Source: Octopus sinensis (Eukaryota). Taken from it: a DNA stretch of 64,000 bases. The stretch's first letter is position 1; each line of letters begins with the position of its first letter. Position numbers and translations under genes: made by a program. The notes beneath the pieces are model-generated. The model ran no database searches. It was not told the DNA's origin and saw only the letters and a program-made list of their open reading frames with translations. The stretch is from assembly GCF_006345805.1 (NCBI RefSeq), contig NC_043005.1, positions 5,642,001 through 5,706,000 of the forward strand, in the 5' to 3' direction. Positions 23,923 to 36,700 of this stretch are shown here, one piece after another.

Positions 23923-24636
23923 AAAATGTGATCTGTTACAGATATCATTATCAAGCGTATTACAAGTTAATCCTTAGACTCAGTTTTTAACAGCATAACA
24001 GTGCTAATAAGAATGATTATAACAATTAGTGAGCCACATAAAACTTACACATTTTAATCATCATTTTTAATCTGTTTTGATGCAAAATTTTACAAATTAT
24101 TATAACATTGGTTCATTATGCTACAAATTTCAAATATGTCTGCATTGTCATTCCATAGTTAAGGATGTCTAAAGTGTAACATTTGAACTTGTTTTATGTT
24201 AAAGATTTTGATTATGCTTTTTATTTCATTCCATGATTTAAGGTTGTGAAAGATGTTTCACTTGACCACACAAACGCTGTGAAAAGCAGAATTATAGTTT
24301 CTGATTTAGGCACAAGGCCAGCAGTTTTGAGAGGAGAGCTTTAGTCAATACCATGAGTCCCAATACTAGTTTGGTACTTTATTTTATCGACCCCAAAAGA
24401 ATGAATGGCAAATTTGATCTTGGCAGGATTTGAACTTGGAATGTAAAGTGCCAGAACAAATACCATAAATGATTTTTTTTCTGATGTTCTAACATGAGAA
24501 GCAAAATAATATATAGGTTAACAGTACCCATCAAGATTCAAGGTCCATTTTGTGCTACGATGTTAGTCATAAACACCCCATTCACTAATAATATCTAGTC
24601 ATTTCCTTTATGATTCTTTGATTAATTTCCAGGAAA

Positions 24637-24707
24637 TCTTACCTGTTCTCTTCAGTCATGTTCTCACCTGTTTTCCCCTTCAGGCTTGCACGAAATATTC
24701 TTACCTG
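24637..24707 (-). promoter_or_regulatory. Three clustered consensus 5' splice-site sequences on the minus strand
   Basis: CAG|GTAAGA (24699-24707), CAG|GTGAGA (24662-24670), CAG|GTAAGA (24637-24645). Confidence 0.35.
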
Positions 24708-25829
24708 TCATCATTGTTTCATCCTTGTTCATATTTTGCCTTTCTTGATTAACAATTCACATTTTCTCTACTATTAGTTTCAACTCTATTGGTCATTGTA
24801 CACATACTTACTCATACACATTTGAATGCTAATGGAATGCACACATATGCACATAGCACACACAACTCTCTTCCTCTCTCCCTCTCTCACACACATACAC
24901 ACACCTAAGTGTCATGTGTGTGTGTAGGTGCATGTGCACCAATAGCATTCATATATGTGTGAAAGTACATACGTGTGTATGTGCCAGTAGCCATCATTTG
25001 AATTACTCTTTGTTTCTATTTCACACACATTTTCACCATCTCCTTTCCACAATGTGACATGTATTTTTCTTATACCACAGGAATTTACCTTTAAAATAAG
25101 AGATACTATATCTGATTCAGCTGCAGGATCCTTATCTTTTTATTTGGGGACAGAATCTAAACTCTTTGATTGGGGTATGGACAAACTTAGATTTTGAAGT
25201 AAAATAGTTGGTGAAGTATTTTCTTTCATTCCTCTATATTCACAATTCAAATCCCATCAAGAAATGAAACATTCAATTTTGCCATTTTATCTCTCTTGAG
25301 ATGATAGAATATTTATCAGCTTTAATGGAGGGTATGATTTGAGGGAGATTTGGTTCCTGTTTCTAACAGATATAAATGGCAGTCAAACACTAGTGTCAGT
25401 CCAATGGGCTGTAACCTCTCTCACAACCCTCCGAGAGAACGCAGTGTGTCCATATTTAGATATTAATAATACAAGATATGCTAAGGCAGCAAAATGACAG
25501 AATCTTTAGCACACCAGACAAAATGCTTGGCAGCATTTCATCCATCTTTATATTCTGGGTTCAAATTCTGCCACGGTCAGCATTGCCTTTCATCCTTTTA
25601 AGATCAATAAAATAAGTTTCAGTTGAGTACTGTGCTCAATGTTAATTGACTTAATCTCATCTCCCAAAATTGCTGGGCCTGTGCCAAAATTTGAAGCCAT
25701 TATTACAAGATATGCTAAAACTGGTTAATATGCAGTTGATAAAAATTATATATATATATATCCATACATATATATATATATCCATATATATACACACACA
25801 CACACACATATATATATATATTATATATA

Positions 25830-26428
25830 CAGGAGTTGGACAAAATAATGGAAACTCCTAGCATCATAGCATTATAATTTTGAAATATCTATGAAACCAT
25901 CAAAAGCTTGTTTGTTTTTATGTTTTTTTATTTATTATTAGTGTTGCTTAATATGTTTTGCTAAAATTGCTGTTTCTTTTCAAATATCATCAGAAAAGGT
26001 ATTTAAAAATCATTAAAATGACAGATCTATCGGACTTTCAAAGAGGTCAAATTGTTGGTGCTTGTATGACAGGCACTAGTGTAACGAAAACAACCAAGCT
26101 GTTTGGTGTATCAAGAAGTACTGTCTCAAAAGTAATGGCAACCTTTGAGAAAGAAGGAAAAACCTCCTCGTCAAAACAAAATTCCGGAAGAAAACCAAAA
26201 CTTTCAAAACATGAATTGTTAGAAAGGATCACAAAAGTACAGCTCCCAAAATTACTGCTGAGCTTAATGACCACCTCAAGAACCCAGTTTCCACAAAATC
26301 TGTTTGCCGGGAGCTGCATGAAGCCAGATTTCACGGGCTGCATTCAGAAAATCATTATTTTCAAAAACAAACATTGCAAAGCATTTAGAGTGGAATAAAA
26401 ACCGACAGAATTGGTCCCTAGAGCAGTG
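25830..26428 (+). mobile_element. Tc1-family transposon 5' half (left TIR + N-terminal HTH of transposase, frameshifted)
   Basis: TA|caggagttggacaaaataatggaaac TIR; MTDLSDFQRGQIVGA..VSRSTVSKV..SGRKPKLS; ends at QNWSLEQWK before the DDE domain. Confidence 0.85.
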
Positions 26429-27144
26429 GAAGAGTGGATAGGGAATGGAGAAACACCAGCAATGAATCAATCAGATTTTTAAAAGAAGAGCTACCCATAG
26501 ATCGATTTCTGGCTTAGGGAAGCATTTCCCCCTGCTGTCTTCAGTATGGGATACCAAAAGAATATACATGTAGATATTTATACATATCATATGATCAAGT
26601 TATATCCACACCAATATGTTCATACATCTACACATATATACTATTTAAATCTAATTTCTTCACCACAAACCATGTGCATTTATGATCAAAATAAATACTG
26701 CAGTAAATATAAATTGATCAGGGGTACTTATACATATTTATTTATAATTAATTAATTAATGAAGGATAAAGCCATTTAATGATTCTATCAAGTGGCCAGC
26801 ATGTTAATTCCATTTAGGTTAATATTTATCCTGATGTATAATTATATAATTATAGCAAACAGGTGTGGATAAGCACACCAACATACTTGAAATAGATGCT
26901 AATAGCTCTATAAATCACATATTGTTTTAGCACAGGTTGAAAGCAGGCTAGTGAGTTCCTGTGGATATAACTTATTCATATGGTATGTATAAATCTCTAC
27001 ATGTATATTCTTTTGGCATCCCATACAGAAAACAGCAGGAGCAAATTGCTTCCCTAAGCCAGAAATCAATCTATGGGTAACCCTTCTTTTAAAAATCTGA
27101 TTGATTCACTGCTGGTGTTTCTTCTTTCCCTATCCACTGTCTTC
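26429..27144. mobile_element. Foldback/MITE-like element with about 180-bp inverted arms
   Basis: 26433-26610 is the reverse complement of 26960-27138 (scattered mismatches); about 350-bp AT-rich spacer. Confidence 0.8.
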
Positions 27145-28104
27145 AGCACTTAACATTTTTATAGAGAACCCATTTCTCATCACCAGTCGCTATTCAGTCC
27201 AAAAAAGGTTCATTTGTGAGACGTGACAGCAAAGAAACACACATTCATTCTCTGCACATGATTAGACTTGGAAAATTTGTATGGTTAAATTAAATTAAAT
27301 TTGCCAGAACAGACGAGAGAGGTGAGAGACTATCCATACAAGGGAAATGCAACATGACTTGCATAGACCTAAAAGAGTTCTACTTTAAATTGAATTTTCT
27401 CACCTTTAAATAACTGTTGGTCAAAAAGGTTCTAAAATTTGTTTGGTGGGAAAACTTGCATGCTTTCTATGAAGTTGCGGCCTTTGTCATAAATAAGTCA
27501 GCCAGTGCCGATAGTCAGACCATATTTTCTTGGTGCTAATTCTTTTTATGACAACTCTTTTCATTTCATGGAAAATACAGAGGTCTTGATTCTAGACAGG
27601 AAAAAACTGAGAACTATGGTTCAAATCTTGGCTTGGTTCCCACTACAAGTCCAGCATGTTTTTGTCATGGAAAAGTTAGCTGCTTCATTGAAGTATAATG
27701 CTTCAGAAGCAATTCTTTTACTAAATTTATCACAAATGGAACCAAACCAAAACAATTTTCTTCAATATTTCTCTTGTATTTCTTCATTTTCAGTTGATAT
27801 CCATCTTTGAAAATCTTAAATGTTTCAATCCATCCATTATCATGTTCTCAATTATTACATTTTGTTTCCCATTTAAAGCCATAAAATAAAACATTTGCTG
27901 ATCTCTTTTGTAAATGATCAATTAAAATTTGTTCAGCTGTGAAAGAAATCTGTAACTTTCTAACCAAGATTTTAGAAGACATTCTAAATAGAGTTATGTC
28001 AGAATGTTTCTTACAGTCTTTGGTGTGTTTCTTGCAGTCTATTCATATCATTACTTTAATTCTTTCCTTTTTTTTTCCTGTCACAGACCATTTATTTACT
28101 CATA

Positions 28105-28382
28105 TAAGATCTGCTGTTGTGCTACATTTTGATCTTAGCAAAAAAAGCTGAAGATCTGTATAAAAATATAGGATTGGTAGATAATAAGAAAATATGCAGC
28201 CCTATTACCCACTGCATTTCACCACTGCTACATTTTGATTTTTGTATAAACTAAAGTAAGGTTAAGATCTTTTTTATTTTGATCTTAACAAAAAAATAAA
28301 GAAAGAAAGAACTGCAGTAAAAATACAGGATTGGTAGACATCAAGAAAACATGCAGTACTATTATCCATTGCATTTCATCAG
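28105..28382. repeat. Degenerate tandem duplication, period about 156 bp
   Basis: aggattggtag at 28171 and 28327, with matching flanks (ttttgatctta.caaaaaaa, aagaaaa.atgcag..ctatta.cca.tgcatttca). Confidence 0.7.
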
Positions 28383-28974
28383 TCCCTACCAATGTTTCAG
28401 GGCTAGGAGATAAACAGCTGAAGGTCATTCATATTTCTCATGACCTGGTATGCATTCACAAGCATTTATAGCCATGTTTACAGCACAAACATTGTGTGAC
28501 ATACATCAATTCATCTTCTTCCACACAATATTAATGCTGGGTCTTTAACCAATATAAGAAACCATTATTATTATTCAGTATTTTCATTTTTATCACATGC
28601 TTTCACTGCACCACCAAGTGCAGTTCTGTGTGCCTTAGGTATGTGCTGTGGTTTGTTTTGGTGTTGTTATATTCACTGTATTGAAAGTGCTTTATGTAGA
28701 TGTGTGCAGTGCCTAGTAGTGATATATATATATATATATATATAAATTCAAGCTATTTTCTGTATGTTATATATATTAATTTATTTTCAAGATGTTATAT
28801 GTATTCATGAAGGTAGCAAGCTGGTAGAATCATTAGCATGCTGAACAGAAGGCTTACCAGTGTTTCAGCCATCTTCATGTTCTGAGTTCAAATTCTATGG
28901 AGGTCAACTTTGTCTTTCATCCTTTTGGGGTCAATAAAATAAATAAGTACTAGCTGAGATTTTTTCTGGGATAT

Positions 28975-30262
28975 GCCTGTCATCTCTTTTCTGTTATCAT
29001 TCCATAGCATTGGCATAGCTTCCAGCATATATAGGTCTCAACTCTGTTGTGTCTGTGGATATATTCCTTTTTAGCCAGGACTGGGAAAATATGATTTATT
29101 GCTTCTTCCCCATCACCACATATTCTGCAGTTACTTGTATTTTCCTTCATAATGTGTTTCGGTGGTTTCTGGTGGGGAGGCTTTGATCTTGTGCTATAAT
29201 TAAAAATCCTTATCTCTGCTTTGAGTCCTGAGTTTCTCAACCATTGTTGAGATTTCACTTATCTGTTTAACATATCCCATTATTTGCCATCTAAGGGTTT
29301 TTCTTGCTATCGTTTTACACGGTATTTTGTTGTTCCAGTTCTAGTTTAGATTTCAGTTGCTTCACAATTTTTGTTATTTCCTTTTTTTCTCCATAGTTGT
29401 CAGGTACAATGACTTCTTTCTTGTATTTTTCGGTTTTTTTAAAAACAAAAAACAGTTTCTCATTTTACTCATGTTTTGTGGCTATGTGTACCAGTTTTCC
29501 TTGCTTCTGAGTTAGATATTTCTGCAATCCTATGGTGGTTGTTTTATAGTAGTTTTCTCATTGTATAAGGCCTCTACTGCCTTCACCTTGAAAATCATCG
29601 CCCTTATTGCGGCCCCTATTTGTTCCATGTACTCCTTATTTCAGTCCCTATTTGTTCCATCATCATTATTATCATTATTTACTTTTAATTTGTATGTTTG
29701 TTACAATCACTTGCCGTGACACACCCAGCATCCTAGGGTGGGTGAAGGATAAGAGATGTTACAGTATTACTAAAAGCTTGGGGAGAAGAAGTGGCAGGGG
29801 CAGTAGTGAAATATTTTCATGTAATACAACACCGACATTTAAAATGGCTTTTCTAAGGATGTGGGCAGTACTTGTCAGCACAATCTTTTGAACTTCTCTG
29901 AGACATGGTTCTCCTGGGTTGTTATCTAGATGTTTCTGACATCTCTTTTTTATCATACCTAGGGCACCTACAATAACAGGAACAGTTCTCGTTTTAAGAT
30001 GCCACATCTTTTGTATTTCAATTTCCAGGTCCTTATATTTACTCAATTTGTCAAATTCCTTTACAGATATATTTTTATCAGTGGGAACACTTACATCTAT
30101 TAGTCGACAAGTATTTTCTTCTCTGTCTTGAAAAATTATATCTGGTCGATTAGCCTGGATCCTTCTGTTGGTGTTGACTATAAAAATTCCAGAGGAGAGT
30201 GACATTTTTACCTTCAATGACTGGTTCAGGATAATGCTCATACCAGTAAGCAGAAGTGCTAA
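28975..30262 (-). mobile_element. R4/Dong-like LINE fragments
   Basis: SQQWLRNSGLKAE, CRICGDGEEAINHI..YIHRHNRV; IQANRPDIIFQDREENTCRLIDVSVPTDKN..EFDKLSKYKDL..VPVIVGALG..QKIVLTSTAHILRK. Confidence 0.85.
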
Positions 30263-32566
30263 TTTTGTAGTGTTTATATATTTTCCAATGTGAATACTGT
30301 CATACTTTATCGTGGCAATTATTATTATTTCAAGATGGTGAGCTTATTTGCATTATTGCAAACTATTAAAACATTTTCTGGTGGTGGAACAGATTAGTTT
30401 CAACAAAAGAGGTATGGAGGTATGTCATAAAAGGCAGTGTGTCCTTGCTTGTGGAATTCATCAAGGCAAGGGCAAGGGATGAAGTGATATGCCTTTGTTT
30501 TTCAATAAACTGAGGGGATTTACATATGTTTCAAAGGAGTAGTTGAAAGAAATTATGGTGAATGTGTGAAATGATGCAAGCTCCATCAGCCAACAGGGCA
30601 TATGAAATTGTGTACTTTTTCAAGATTTTGAGAAGACACAGTGTCAGGCAAAGCAGGTGTCCCACATACACGTTGATGTCACAGTATATGGGGAGATGCA
30701 ACACAATGGATGTGGTCAGAGACATTCCTATGATTGTTGACCCACGAGTAAACTGTGAAAAGATATGGAAGCTTTGACAATCAGTGAAAACCATAAGTTA
30801 TCTAGGAGCTGTACTCAATTGTGTGAGTAGAAAGGAATGTAATCAAATGGGAAAGAAAGGGCAGAAAGTCCAGTTGCTTCTGGGAGTAAGAGCCACCAGA
30901 GGGATTTTTACCCAGAAAAGTAGGAAAAGTAGAAAAGGAAAGAAGTAGCAGCAGCAGTAGCTCTCAGAAATCTCTGCTCCAAGAGTACCACTGATAGCAA
31001 CTCCAATGTTTGCAGAAGAAATAATTTGATCCTTAGCATCAGGAGCCAAGAACTAGGTTGAGCACTGAGAAGCAGAAGGGTTCTCTCCTCCAGCATAGAG
31101 ACAACCAGTTGTATCACCATATCACCTTGAAACTTTGGGGATGAACTAGAGGCCTGGTTAAGGATGGAATGGTATCATGCCGAAAAGAAAACCTAGACAC
31201 AATAAAGATGGACAAATCCATTCCAAAATCAAGTAAAGTATGAGGAACCCACTCCCATCTTTTAGGAGAGTATGAGGTTCACAGTTCTTGAAATCACCAA
31301 CAAAGGTCATGGTTGACTCACTGATGTACACACATTTACAATTTACATACACACACACATGCATATACACACACACGTGCATATACACACACACATACAC
31401 AACACACATTGTGTTGATATCCATGCTATAAAAGTATAATCAAAGTCTTCTGTTTGTGACCATCTCACCCATTTCCTATGCACAGGAAACTCAGGTTCAT
31501 ATTATCCACATGTCCATTTCTAAGACAATAGGGTATGATTTGAAGGAAATATGGCTGCATGAAACAGCAGGGATGTTGGACAATATGTGTATTAATTTCT
31601 GTCACTTATATTCTGTGTTGTCAAACAGTCAACCAAAATCAAACTTAATAGCTATCTACATTTTAATTACTGTCTGTCTGTCTATCTATCTGTCTGTCTG
31701 TCTGTCTGTCTGTCTAGTTGCCTTTTTCTGCCTCTCTCTCTCATTTTCTCTCACAAATTTGGGACATAGAGACATATATAACACTTGTCAGATCTTTAAA
31801 AAGCTACAATATTAAGGAACTCATAATCAGGTTGCTTATGACCTTAAAGCTTATGAGGCAGAACAGATCTGTATAGTAATACGATTAACTGATTCTTACA
31901 ATTAATTCTGAGAGGAATAATCAGTGAGTCATTTTGCAGCATGTTTTTGATACTAGTGGTATCTATCTCTGTTTTTGTTTAGCTATCAAATCAGCTTTGC
32001 TCAAACAGACCTATGATCACAAAGCATTCCAGTCATGACACTCTTGTTTTTTCTTGTTTTTTTTTTTTGTAGATATAATGTATCCAACATACCTTTCTTA
32101 AGACATTATGGTACAATCTGAGGGAGATATAGTCACTAATTCAAGCAGATCAACTGATTATGTAGAGCTATCTTTGTTGACTCTTTAAGATCACAGGAGA
32201 ATTTAGTATTGCAAATTAATGAATTTTTCACTACCTTTGTGCTTTAAATTACATTTTCCAGTGGTGCATATTTGTAAATAGGCGAAGTGAATTAGCAAGA
32301 GCTTTCTCTCTGGCACAGAAACCATCATTTACATGAATTGTCACAATATAACATGTCTATCTTTTTGTCAGTAGGCCAAAACATCAATCAAATTTGCTTA
32401 GCATTCATTATATACTTTAGTGACAAAAATTTCCTTTACAAACAATAATAAATAACAAACATTGCTAAATTTTTGTTGATCTACTAATTTTTCTTTTTAT
32501 CTACTCAAAAATTATCTATCTATGCTTGCTTCATTTTTAATTAAAAAAAAGCAAAATAAAAGAAAA

Positions 32567-32709
32567 TATGATGTCAACAACGCAGTTGATAAGCATGGGA
32601 AATTACCCATCTGCTTTCTTCAATTACCCACTATATTCATTCTGAAGATATATTTAAAAGGACAGCACTACACATTTTGCTCCTGAATGCTTCACTAAAC
32701 ACAACCAAA
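32567..32709 (+). promoter_or_regulatory. Proximal promoter / 5' UTR of LPMO gene B
   Basis: Identical to 13955-14097 (offset 18612): TGATAA 32587-32592, GGGAAATTACCC 32597-32608, TATA-like element. Confidence 0.6.
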
Positions 32710-32874
32710 ATGCTGTTGGTTTATTCTAGTTTGGTGTTTTACGCTGGTTTGTTTCTGGGTGTCAAAGGTCATGGTCGACTGATGGACCCTCCTTCCCGGT
32801 CTAGTATGTGGCGTTTGGGGTTCAAGACTCCAGTCAACTATGATGATATTGAACTGTATTGTGGTGGAATATCG
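32710..32874 (+). CDS. LPMO gene B exon 1
   Basis: caaaATG; ends TCG|gtaaat; 55 codons. Confidence 0.93.
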
Positions 32875-33673
32875 GTAAATTATTTTCTATTTGTGTTAAT
32901 CTCAGTCCCAGTTCTTTCCTTTATGCTTAAATTTGTTTGTTTTACTAAATTCTAGACATCACAATATGCAACTGTATGGATGCAATTAACATTGGATAAG
33001 ATGAGTCTCTGTCATCAGGGTAGAGAAGATCTTACATTTCAGATCTTAATGCAGAGAAGTTCAAGATCCTGGTTCAAGCAAACAATATTAAATGATAGGG
33101 AACATAAAGATTTGTTTAAGATAAACAATTATACAACATTAAGATCTGAAATGTTAAGATCTCTTCTAGCCTGATGATGGAGGCTCATCTCGTCCAATGT
33201 TCATTGCTTTCATTATGGTTCATTGCTTCCATTACTACATCTACCAACATTATTATGGATTTCCAATCCCCCAGAAACAGCTGTTGGACTTATAACACTT
33301 TTCTTCCCTTCCTTTCATTTTCTTTGTCATTTGTACTTTATGTAAGTTGGATCTATTAATATAAATATATTTATACTTAAAAATTCATCATCAGAAAGTC
33401 TTCACCTTTTGCTTTCTCTTGTTATGCATGAATACATATATTTGTATTTTGTAGTTCATACCAAACTATTATATTTAATATATCTAATATATGTAATATG
33501 TCTAATTTGTTTATCTGTATAATTGCTTCTATACTTGCTCAACTTGATTCTTCTTATAGCCTTTCTTTATCTTAGGGAATCAATCTTCTGCAAACACATT
33601 AGAGTCTAAGTTTGAATCTTTTGAGCACTACTAAGTTTCATCTATACAGAGAATCTGTGGATCTCATCTGTGG

Positions 33674-33720
<47 letters not shown>

Positions 33721-36700
33721 ACATCCTCATCCTCCTCATCATCATCATTTAACATCTGTTTTCCATGCTGACATGGGTTGGATAATATTTTAATGATGTT
33801 CTAGTCCTTCACTAAAGTGAAGGTGCAATAAACATGTAAAATGCTTAAAAGTTCATTGGAGAAAAATGAAATTTTCATGATCTTGAGTATAACATACTAT
33901 CCTCATTTTTGTCAAAGTCCATTAAAACAAAGAATACAGAAAAGATTCTGAATATTAGATTTACAAAAGATTGAGCAACAGGTATCTTCTGAAGTTGATC
34001 TGGTTGACCACACCACTACCTAATCCAGGTATTAGCAAAGTGGTCTATGTTGACCCCTGGGAATCTGTGTGGCAGTCCATGAGTTCATAAACACCTGAAA
34101 CAATTTTGAACGTTAAGGGTACTGAATCATTATCAATATAATTTGACTGAACTTTTATTGTTCTTTATCAATTTCGCTAAGTATTTTCATTAAATTTCTT
34201 TAAATATTTCTTATTAAAAAGCAGTAATGGCACAAAAGAATGAAGGAATTATTGTTTTTAAATCAAGAAATTTTTTATTAATAATATTTGTTAATTTTGT
34301 TCTAGAAATTTAAACCATGGGGGTTAATAAGTTATTAATGATTCCATGAAGTGGTCAGTGGCATAAAAAGTTTGCCAACCTTTGGCATAATAAAAATAAT
34401 TAATTACCTGACTTTTTATATCTTTTTATTATTTATAGCGTCAATGGGAAAAGAATCATGGAAAATGTGGAATATGTGGTGACCCTTATGATGGCCCAAG
34501 AGAGAACGAAGCAGGTGGTAAATATGCAACTGGAATCATCAGTCGCTATTATCATAAAGACCAAATAATTACAGTTGATGTTGACCTCAAAAACAACCAC
34601 CTGGGTTGGTTTGAGTTCCGCTTGTGTCCAAACAACAATGTAAAGAAACCTGCCACACAAGAGTGCTTGGATAAATATCTTCTCCAACGTGCTGATGGTA
34701 GTGGTAGTCGTATTAAAATTGGCCGAAAGACTGGCCATATTTACACCAAGTTAAGGTTGCCAGCTGGTCTCACCTGTTCTCAGTGTGTCCTCCAGTGGAA
34801 GTATCATACAGGTGAGGTTTTTAACATAACTTTATTTCTCTTTCTCCAAGTCCCAACTAGCCATCAGTACTTAGTAATTGAGCTGGTTGGCAACCAACCA
34901 ATTTCCTAATATCAATAATCTGTGGCCAGTGTTTACCTCCAGTTTTCATAGCATTGAGCTACAAACGAGATGTTAATCATACCCTGGATTGAACACTGGT
35001 CTACAACTAATAGATTTACACACAGAAGGAACTGAACTCAGTATTGCTGCAAGCTAACTACTCGTTTGTATATTACCAGTAATGCTGCTACTTGTTCTTA
35101 GTCTACTGTACTCCTATTTACAGCTAGTATGACTGAACCATTTGAAAATTAAGTGTTTTGGTCACAGTTATAATGAAGGGTCTATGATAGGAAATGAAAG
35201 GACAACATATCAACTAGTTGTCTGCTGCCCTGTCTTCACAGCCATCTACACTCTCTTAGAATAACTGTCTTATTATTATAACTGTTTCTTAGGCAGTGAG
35301 CTGGCTGAAGAGTTAGAACCTTGGAAAAAATGCTTTCCAGTATTTGATCCAGCTCTTTCCATTCTATGTTCAAATACCATCAAAATTAATTTTAACTTTC
35401 ATCTTTTCAGGGTTGATAAAATAATGTACTAGTCTGTTCTGGGAGCAATGTAATCAACTAAACTCCACTACTTCCATTAAAATTGTTGGCCTTGTGTCTG
35501 AATCAGAAACCATTATTAAGGCAGCAATGTGGTAAAATCATTAGCAACATTTCTTTCAGCTCTTTACATTCTGAGTTCAAATTGCACTAAGGTTAACTTT
35601 GCCCATCATCCTCTCAGGTTGATAGAATAATGTATCAGTCTAGAAATGGAGTTGGTGTAACTGACTAACCAATGCTCCCCTTAAAATTGATAACTTTCAG
35701 AAGGAACTAAAAAGAATTATTGTAATTTTTGTTAAGCAAAATAATTAGTGCATCAGAGAAAATGCCTTGGGGAATTCTTTCCAGCTCCTTCTATTCTGAG
35801 TTCAAATCATACTGATGTCAACTTTGACTCTCATCCCTCCAGGGTCAACAGAATAAAATACCGGTCTAGCACTAGGGTCAATGATATCCGTTAACTCCCC
35901 TTTCCACAAAACTGCTAACCTTGTGCCTAAATTAGAAACAATTATTATTATTATTGTTTCAACTTTGAAGATGAGAGAGATGTATCTGATTGCATTTAGG
36001 ATTCAGTGGTTTATATTATATCATCTGTGCTGTGCTTACATTCTGTGTTAAGAGGCAAAATATTTCTATATCCAAAAGAGAGGACAAAGAATTGAGATAA
36101 GTGGTGCATTGCTGTACTCAAGAAAACCTGTCCACTACAACAAAACTGATATCCTAAATTCAAGGTGCTGCATAAAAAGCACTGGTGCTGGTACCACATA
36201 AAAAGCATTGGTGCTGATGCCACATAAAAAGAACTGGTGATGGTGCCATGTAAAAAACACTGGTGATGGTACCACATAAAAAGCACCTAGTATAGTGTTA
36301 AGTGGTTGGCATTAGGAAGGGTACCAAGCAGTAGAAACCAAGCCAAAAACAGACAATGGAACTTGGTGCCGCCCCTGGCCTTGCCAGCTCCTGTAAGCTG
36401 TCCAACCCATGCCAGCATGGAAAACAGATGATGGCAATGATGATGATGATGATGATGAGGAGGAGGAGGAGGAGAAGGAGGATGAATAACTGATATAAGT
36501 GTTGGTTGGTTGATTTCTCCAGTCAAGCTTCACATCATGTAGAATGAAAGTAAAAGAGGGGTACAAAGAGAGTCAACCTAAGAGATACAAGTAACAAAGG
36601 GCCTCTTGCTCAGAGTGAAAGGTAGACTGTATAATGCATGTGTGCAAACAGCCATGCTACATGGCAGTGAAACATAGGCTAGCATGAAAAACATATGTTA

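Noticed and set aside
30400-31150. Possible L2/Jockey-type endonuclease relic (CDINVY resembling GDFNVH); similar case at 21950-22520 (SYNVQTL)
   Set aside because: Single weak motifs only; too decayed to assign.
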